Below, piece by piece: positions 55,867-64,000 of a stretch of 64,000 bases of DNA; the stretch's first letter is position 1; every line of letters starts with the position of its first letter. The stretch comes from Hydrolagus colliei (taxonomy: Eukaryota): contig CM068759.1 of NCBI GenBank assembly GCA_035084275.1, positions 7,874,001 through 7,938,000 on the forward strand. The letters run 5' to 3'. The position numbers were made by a program, and so were the translations under genes. A model generated the notes under the pieces. It did no database searches. It worked only from the letters and a program-made list of their open reading frames with translations, and had not been told where the DNA came from.

Positions 55867-58276
55867 CTTTACAAACACACACATACACACACACGTGCAT
55901 GTGTGTCCGGATTTAGTTTTCAAAATATGATCACCCTAATTTACAGCCACTTACATAAAAACGTGCTATTTGAGCACAAGAGGCTGTTGACTGAAGGGTC
56001 TAACAGGAGAAGCAGATGACTTGCCAGGAGCGTTAACCACATAATGGCTGAAAGGTTCACAGGGGTTGGGGGGGGATGGGGAGAAAAACATCAGTGATGA
56101 CAAACGAGGAGCTAGGTCGTAACCACACCAAGGCAATGGTCTGATTTCCCAAAGGAGCGACCGAAACTACCCATTAGCCATTATATGTCACACTGAAAAA
56201 GTATGTATTAAAATTACAGCACAGCCTGAGGCTGCGGTAGCACAGAGCAGCTCAGCGGATGACCTGAGATTCAGTACGGGCTGTGACCTTTCGGCTCAGA
56301 CGCGATGACCGGACAGGACTGCCATGCCATAGAGTGCACAAGAGATGACAGTCTCTGTGTTACTACAGTACACCTCAACACGAGTCAAGATGAGGTGTTG
56401 TGTGTGTGTGTGTGTATGTGTGTGTGCAAGTGCGTGAAGAGTTCACCACAAGCTCTATGGTAACAGTGACTCACATCCTCTGTGCACCTTCACCGAAATC
56501 TGTGGGCAGCAGACAGCGTATCCTCATTACTGACTGCTCTCTAACATCAAATGTGCAGTGCAGGGTTTGCGCTGTTTGCCCTTGCTTTTGGGAACAGGGA
56601 ATCTTCCCATTCAGCTCCCGCTAACCCTGCAGCCAAAGCCTTAACGGGGTAGGAACAGGGATTCGCCAGAAGAAACTGACAAGCTACGCGGTTTTAGCTG
56701 GTTAGACTCCAGCAGTTACCCCCAAAACCAAAGCAGACTCTGGGAACCCCCAAGCCTTGGCTCTTGCCACCCTAATATTGCCTAATATGCCTAACATTAT
56801 CAGGAATTGGGTGAGCAGAGAGAGCGCGCGCATTCCATTCCAATACATGGGAATTTCCATATGTGGGTGACATACATGAAGATCTCACTATTTGACTGGA
56901 TTAAAACATACCGTTTGAGGTACTGCGCTCGTCCCACATTTGTGCCCGGCCTCACTCGTGTTTCTCTTCCATTTGTCTTCCTGCTCCTCGTCCCCTGAAG
57001 ATGTGTTCGGTCTTTTCCTTCTTCGGAGGTTGCAGCTGCACAGACAACCACCAACTACCCTCCGGCTCCCCACTCAGCTGCCCACTCTTTACAACAACAA
57101 AATTGCACGAGTGTAGCGCCTTTCACGTCAGAAGGACGTCCCAAGGCGCTTATATTGTCCACCGCAGCTGAGCCCGATTCCTGATCTCTCCCAATGTCCG
57201 CCCTCCTGCCCGCCACCCAACCACCCACACTTTTTCCAGTGACGGTCTTTGTTACTGCAACGACTTGCATTTACATTTAAAAATTGGTCACTGACTTCAT
57301 GGCTGTTTGTGGGGCATAATTCCTGTGCATTATTGGCCGCTGCTTTTATTTTACTCAGAAACAAACAGTCAATTCACCTTACAGTCTTTCCTGTGACGTC
57401 CTTCGAGACGCCTCACGGAATATATGTAAAGTGTGGTGACCGTATGTATTTTGTGGGCGAAACTCGGCTGCCAACTGCGCACAGCAGTGTCGTACAAACA
57501 GTCGTGGACCGAAGCGTTCAAATTTATTGGGGGGCTGTTTCTTTGAGTGATTATTCCTGATGGGAATCAAAATACTGTACACACATTAATACATTACACA
57601 AATACATACTGGCGGAGTTCACTCTCGTTGCCTTGGTACACACAGGCTGCTGACACACACACACACACACACACACACTGATGTTTCGCTTCACCTCAGA
57701 ACAACGTCCTCCCGACGTGAAAGGCGCTCTATAAATGTAAATTGTTGTTGTTGTTGTTACATGGGTGATCTTTCATAATTGGTCTCCCATGTGGCTAAGG
57801 CAGCTCATTGCCTTCCCTTCTGCAGATATGAATCATTCCCATGTCCCGGTGTTATAACACTTGCAAGACAGGGTGTTTTCCCCTCTAATTAACGACATTC
57901 CCTCTGCGCGTCTCTGGTCTTTGTATTGATATCTCCGTCCCAAAGCCACCGCCAAACGCCTCCCTCCAGGCCGGGCTGCTTTTTTTTAATTAAAATAAAC
58001 TTTATCGGATAAGAAGCCGCGCGGCGGGTTGTTCGGCTGTTATTGAATGCCTTTGAGCTGCTTGCACACCCGAGGCGTTTCGCACACAAAGTACACACAG
58101 TCACTACACTTTGCAGTGTGCTCCGTGAAGCGCTTTGAGACGTCTCAACAAAGTGATGAAGTGCTGTATCAAATGCAAGGATTGTAGTAATAATAGTTAT
58201 TAATATTCTCTGGTGCGTTCAATTCAATCACCACTGTGCAGGCGGCCAGGTTGCTGGAGCCAGAGTGTGCAAGAGT

Positions 58277-58767
58277 CACAGTGAGCTCTGGGTGTGTAAC
58301 AGACACAGTGAGCTCTGGGTGTGTAACAGACACAGTGAGCTCTGGGTGTGTAACAGACACAGTGAGCTCTGGGTGTGTAACAGACACAGTGAGCTCTGGG
58401 TGTGTAACAGACACAGTGAGCTCTGGGTGTGTAACAGACACAGTGAGCTCTGGGTGTGTAACAGACACAGTGAGCTCTGGGTGTGTAACAGACACAGTGA
58501 GCTCTGGGTGTGTAACAGACACAGTGAGCTCTGGGTGTGTAACAGACACAGTGAGCTCTGGGTGTGTAACAGACACAGTGAGCTCTGGGTGTGTAACAGA
58601 CACAGTGAGCTCTGGGTGTGTAACAGACACAGTGAGCTCTGGGTGTGTAACAGACACAGTGAGCTCTGGGTGTGTAACAGACACAGTGAGCTCTGGGTGT
58701 GTAACAGACACAGTGAGCTCTGGGTGTGTAACAGACACAGTGAGCTCTGGGTGTGTAACAGACACAG
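58277..58767. repeat. Perfect minisatellite, 18 x 27 bp (CACAGTGAGCTCTGGGTGTGTAACAGA)
   Basis: Direct reading; 9-aa periodicity in the ORF track. Confidence 0.97.
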
Positions 58768-58834
58768 AGCTGGAGCTGGGGTATGACGGACTGACTGACC
58801 CCAGGAAAGCCGCCGCTCTGACCGCCTTCCTTAC

Positions 58835-58900
58835 CTGTGCTCAGGCTCCCGGCTGCTCGTTCTCACTGCCCCCACTGCACGTCTCTCGGTGTCTCCGGTG
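58835..58900 (-). other. ELMO2: Candidate ELMO2 first (non-coding) exon, 3' part
   Basis: Strong donor GCACAG|GTAAGG in a CpG-containing island-like patch; 5' end undefined. Confidence 0.45.
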
Positions 58901-59915
58901 TGTGTGTGTGTGTGAAAGTCTCTCCTGTATATCTGTGTGTGTGTGTGTGTAAATCACCTGTATAGATATATATATATGCGTGTGTCTCTCCTGCCTGTGT
59001 GTATATGTCTCTATCCCGTGTGTATCTCTCTCACGTGTATGTCTCTGAGTTAATCCTAACCCTGTGTGTACGTATATACCTGTCTCTATTACACCCCTGT
59101 GCGTCTGTGAGTTTGTGTCTCCTCTGTGTGTTTCTGCATGTGTCTTTTATCCCCTATGTGTGTGGTCTCTTTCGCTCTGTGTGTGTGCGTGTGTGTGCCT
59201 TTCTCCCCCTCTGTATGTTGGGGTCTGATTATCTGTCCCTCCCCCACCGAGGTCTCTCTGCATGTGTGTGTGTGTCTGCCCTGTGTGTCTCCCTCTGCCC
59301 TGTGTCTGTATCTCTCTACCCTGTGTGTGTCCCTCTATATCCCGTACCTCTCTGCCCTGTGTATGTGTGTGTCTCTGCCTTGTGTGTCTGTGTCTCTCTG
59401 CCCTATGTGTATGTGTGTCTCTATACCCTATGTCTCTCTCTGCCCTGTGTGTGTATGTCTCTCTGCCCTGTGTGTGTATGTCTCTGTATGTCTCTGCCCC
59501 GTGTGTGTGTATCTCTCTGTATGTATCTCTCTGTCCTCTGTGTGTGTGTGTGTGTGTGTGTGTTTATCTACCCTATGTGTCTGTGTCTCTCTGCCCTGTG
59601 TGTGTGTATCTCTCTGTATGTATTTCTGCCCTGTGTGTGTATGTCTCTCTGCCCTGTGTATGTGTATGTCTCTGCCCTGTGTGTGTGTATCTCTCTGTAT
59701 GTATTTCTGCCCTGTGTGTGTATGTCTCTCTGCCCTGTGTATGTGTGTGTCTCTGCCCTGTGTGTGTGTGTATGTCTCTCTGCCCTATGTGTGTGTATGT
59801 CTCTCTGTCCTGTGTGTATGTCTGTGTATGTGTCTTTCCGCCCTGTGTGTGTGTGCCTCTTTGCCCTGTGTGTATGTATCTCTCTGTATGTATCTGTGTG
59901 TGTGTATCTGTGTCT
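58898..59915. repeat. TG/TC-rich compound microsatellite (core TCTCTGCCCTGTGTGTG)
   Basis: Low-complexity sequence; source of Cys/Val-rich spurious ORFs. Confidence 0.9.
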
Positions 59916-59929
59916 GGCTGCGTGGTTCG

Positions 59930-60070
59930 CTCCCCACTGAGTGGGCGGGAATGGACACCAACCCGGCGCCTCCGATTGGCTGCTCTAGTTAGAGGGGGGC
60001 GTGTCGGGAGCTGTTCCCGGCGCGGTGATTGGGCTGCGCTGCTGTCAGTCCCCGAGCCGCCGAGCTCTCA
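59930..60070 (-). promoter_or_regulatory. CCAAT/GC-box promoter candidate (probably ELMO2)
   Basis: ATTGG at 59975-59979 and 60028-60032 (CCAAT on minus), GC boxes at 59943-59949 and ~59995-60003, high CpG. Confidence 0.55.
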
Positions 60071-63000
60071 TGTCAACACTGATGAAAGGGGGCAGCCACC
60101 CACATCACAGGGCACAGACACACACACCACACTGTCAGCCACGCCGACTGAGTGTCGGCCACGCCGACTGCGAGTGTCAGAAATGTACCCCCCCCCAAAA
60201 AATAAATAAAATTGGTAGTTTCAATCCACGACTGTTTGCGCGAACGGCTGCCCGCGTTTCGCCCACAAATACACAGTCAATTCACTTTACGGTGTATCCC
60301 GTGAAGCGCTTTGAGACGCCCAGAAGACGTGAAAAGGCGCTGTATCAAATGCAGGGATTCTGATTATTAACGACAACAACAACAGCTCGCGTTGAATGCA
60401 GCACCCCCCACCCCCACCCCACCCCCCCACCCTCATGCAGGTTGGCGTCCACACGGCTTGACAGTGACGCGGCAACAGATTGCATTCGCGCAGCGCCTTT
60501 TACATTCGGAAAGGCGTCCCAAGGCGCTGGACAGGGAAGGATCTGGCGGATCCAGGATAAGAGATCCCTGAGAGACCCTCAGTCAGCTGGCATCTGCAGA
60601 CAACACAACCTCACACAACACACCCAACTGCTGATTCTCTGACCACAATCACTCACTCCACCCTCTGCAGGGCGTGAATTTGAGACATTTGAACAAAGCT
60701 ATATATACTGTGCATCAAACGCAAGGATGAGTATTATTAACGCTCCAGCCGGGCAGCAGTGAGGTACCGTGTGTTTCTTTCCTATGATGATGGAATAATA
60801 ATAATTGTAACTTGTTATGAAACAGTTGGTATTTAATATCAGACACACTGACAACTTTTACATTGTTTGTAGGGCTGCGTTTAGGTTTGGCCACAAGCCG
60901 GGCAATGGCCAGAGCAATCTGCTTTAGGTGACTTTTCTCCTCCACCTGTTCTTGAGCTTGTTTAACCTTGCACTGTGATGTCCACAACTCAGCCCCCTCA
61001 CCAAAATAATACTAATCCTTGCATTCCGATAGAGCGCCTTATCAAGTCAACAAGATGTCACAAAATGCTCCACAGGATATACTGGAAAGTGGATTCACTC
61101 TGTATTTTCTGGGCGAAACACGGCAGCCAGTTTGCGCACAGCAACGTCCCACAAACAGCTGTGGAACGAGTGACTCGTTTTTTTTTATTTGGAGAAATGT
61201 TGGCCGAGAAAGAAACTCCCTTCTCTTTCCGAATAGTGCCATGGAATCTTTTACATCCATCTGAACAGGCAGGAGGGATATCGATTTATTATCTCATCTG
61301 AAGAATAGCACCTACGACAATTCCCCAGCACTGCACTGGAGTTGTCAGCTTGGACAATGCGACACAAGCAGCCACTTTACGTTTGACATACTGAGCCTCA
61401 ATATGAATGTTGTCAGACTATTTCACATCACTGTCCTGTCCTCACCAACTGTGCCACTTCTGGTGGAGGAGATCTGGATAGCAACCAGAAACAGAAACCT
61501 TGCTGATTTTCTCAACAGTGTTCCTGCGTTTGTTTACAAATACAGTCTTTCCATTTCGCAGTAAATCCTGTGAAGCATTTTGTGATGTCCTTCTGATGTG
61601 ATAAGGCTCTATACAAAAACTTGTATTTATATAGTGCTCCTCATGCAAGGCACCATCCCTGAGAGCTTGTCAGTGGCAGAGAAAATTTATACCAAATGCC
61701 AGGATTATTAGTTCCATCTTTCTACAGTACGATTTAGTTAAACATTAATGGTGTCTGTATGAATTATCAACGGAGCCAAGCTCACATATTCAGTATCAGT
61801 ACAGCAGCAGAAAAGTAATATTATGCTATTGTAACAGGGATGTGAGCTGAATGTACCTACCTAGTGATATACGGTTAGATTTCATGTTTTATTTTCACAG
61901 AATTACCGGTACTTGGAACTATAGTACATTCTTTTTTAAAAAAAATGTCATATTGGTTTTCTAGTGAAATATCCCTACCTAGTGGATTTTCTGGGAACTG
62001 GTCAAATTTGTTTTGCATGCAAGGGCTACAATTTTAACAGTTTTGGCTACTTTTATGTACACAAGGTCAGTGCTCAGAAGAGTTTATGTTTTAGGCATCT
62101 TGCCAAGATTCTCGGGTTGACTGATAAATTGCACTGCCCTTGGCTGCCTTAGTTTCTCCTGTTATGAGCTGACACTGTCAAGGTCAGTGGATTTACCTTC
62201 CAGTACAGAATAAGAAGTGCTCGCCCACCAAAGTCAATACATGTTATTGCAGAATTTCCTTGACGCTCAGTGTTAGCACCAAACACTCCCGGTTCAGGTA
62301 CAAGTACTTATGTTTTTCTGAAAAATACAGTCACTACACTTCACTGTAAATAATAATCCTTGCATTTGATGTAGTGCCTTATCACGTCATTGAGACGTCC
62401 CAAAGCACTTCACAATATACACTGTAAATTGTATGAACTGTGTACTTTGAGGGCAAAACACAGCAGGCAATGTCCAACAAACAGGCGTGGTTTGAGTTAG
62501 AATTTCGGTTTAATGTCTCATTGGAATTATGGCACATCTGATACAGTACTTCCCCCAGCACTGTGTCAGCCTAAACTGTGAATTCACAGTCTCTGATGTG
62601 GAGCTTGAACCCACAACCTCAGAGAAAAGTGTTAACAACTGAGCCCGTTTGAGACCCAATTATTCATTGATTAATGAATTCAGTACCTCTGAATTATCTT
62701 AAGTACACCCATCTTAGTGATTAATTTGCAGACTAAGATCCTGGGAATTTCATCTCTGGCAGTATTACAGAATTTAATAATAATTATTATTATTATTACT
62801 AGAGAACCTTCCCTTTAATGCCAGAAAGTCTGCAGTTCTTTTTAAGAGTTTTAGCAGAGCAGGTTTTCTAGCTGATCAAGAAGTTTCTAAAATAAAACTT
62901 TCCTCGCTCTGTAACTCAGAATAACTCATCGTTCCAAAGCAGCAAAGAATGAGCAGATGTCACACTAAATATTAAACTGGATTATCCTATTTGCTGTGAC

Positions 63001-63432
63001 TGTACAAAAATGTAATTAAGAAAATTCATATGGTTGCAGACATATTATAGCAGTCAGCTGGGCTCAATCTTGAATCGAGAATTAAACAGGATATAATAAA
63101 TATTAAATATGATGAATTAGTTATAATTAATTCTATTACAAATTATATATTAAATATCCTTCTTCTCCCTGCGTGTTCAATGCATTGGAATTAAATTTAT
63201 CATATTGTCTCCTTCCTCAGACTTCCCATCCCTACGACTGAATCAAAAAAGCTTTCAAAACTCATTCGGCATTCTCCAACCTTACCCCTATTTTGCCTAA
63301 AGCCCGGTCAATAATGGGCATTGGCCATTATTGGTCACTCACTCCATGACTGTGTGTGGGACACTGCTGAGGGCAAACTGGCTGCTGCGTTTTGCCCAAA
63401 AAATACTGAAGTCAATCCACTTTACAGTATAT

Positions 63433-63688
63433 CAACAACTTATATAGCGCCCTCCACTCAAGGTAGTATCTCAAGAGTGCTCAGCAGTGACAGAGCCTGA
63501 CTCTGAACCGGGGGAAGCGGGAAGTGGTGATGAGCATAAGAACGCAAGCGGCAGAGTTCTGAATTAGTTGGATCTTTTGAACAGTAGAGCTGGGGAGCAT
63601 GCAGTGCGTTTGAGTATTCCAGATGGGAGGTGACAAACATATGCATGAGGGTTTCGGTGGTATTTGGAATAAGGTATGATCGGAGGCT
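63433..63688 (-). mobile_element. L2 fragment nested in a plus-strand SINE
   Basis: LRSYLIPNTTETLMHMFVTSHLEYSNAL resembles the L2 ETLVHAFVTSRLDYCNSL segment; SINE halves lie on both sides. Confidence 0.7.
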
Positions 63689-64000
63689 GTAAAGCGCTTT
63701 GAGATATCTCAATAACTTGATTAGGGGCTATCAAATGCAAAGATTATTATTATTATTTCAGAAACAGTTGTAATCTGAAGGTGGTACTATTTTGATAAGG
63801 TGAGACTGAATGTAAAAAAGAGTCAATGCTTTCCCAAGGATGTCCTAAAGTGTCAGTTAATATTATGAGCTCAAGTTTGGAATTGTAACCCACGAGATGA
63901 AAATGAAAGCCCATCTGATCTCATCCTTCCAGAATACCCACCCTACCACCAAGTCATCACAGCATCAAGCTTGAAGGGCTGAATGGCCCACTCTGGTTCC

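Noticed and set aside
58169-58952. Repeat ORFs and superficial CRISPR-like array
   Set aside because: Head-to-tail 27-bp units with no unique spacers, no cas genes, vertebrate context
58999-60209. Cys/Val-rich ORFs of ~300 aa
   Set aside because: (TG)n/(TC)n microsatellite artefact

Overview
Vertebrate genomic DNA, most likely a cartilaginous fish. The taxon is an inference from Deu-domain/SacSINE-like SINEs, shark-type CR1 tails and abundant L2 remnants. Two intron-containing genes lie in tandem on the minus strand, and I assembled both by hand from splice sites. SNRPB (SmB'-type) has 7 coding exons, 7404->1966, 235 aa. ELMO2 has 20 constitutive coding exons, 37262->10334, 712 aa, a GC-AG last intron, and probable 5' UTR exons and promoter extending to about 60 kb. 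The rest is repeat-rich: tRNA-headed SINEs, L2/CR1 fragments, a hAT-type MITE with an 8-bp TSD, a Tc1/mariner-pogo-type MITE, two minisatellites and many microsatellites. Almost all long ORFs in the ORF track are repeat artefacts. Most notable findings: (1) an ELMO2 microexon homologue that is 35 nt and frameshifting in this sequence; (2) a box C/D snoRNA-like element in the SNRPB intron that hosts SNORD119 in mammals, but with a different guide; (3) repeated sense-oriented retroelement tails right at 3' splice sites; (4) a fold-back double L2 insertion; (5) a candidate internal ELMO2 promoter. I found no prokaryote-type system (CRISPR etc.). Comparisons to mammalian sequences are from memory and need database confirmation.
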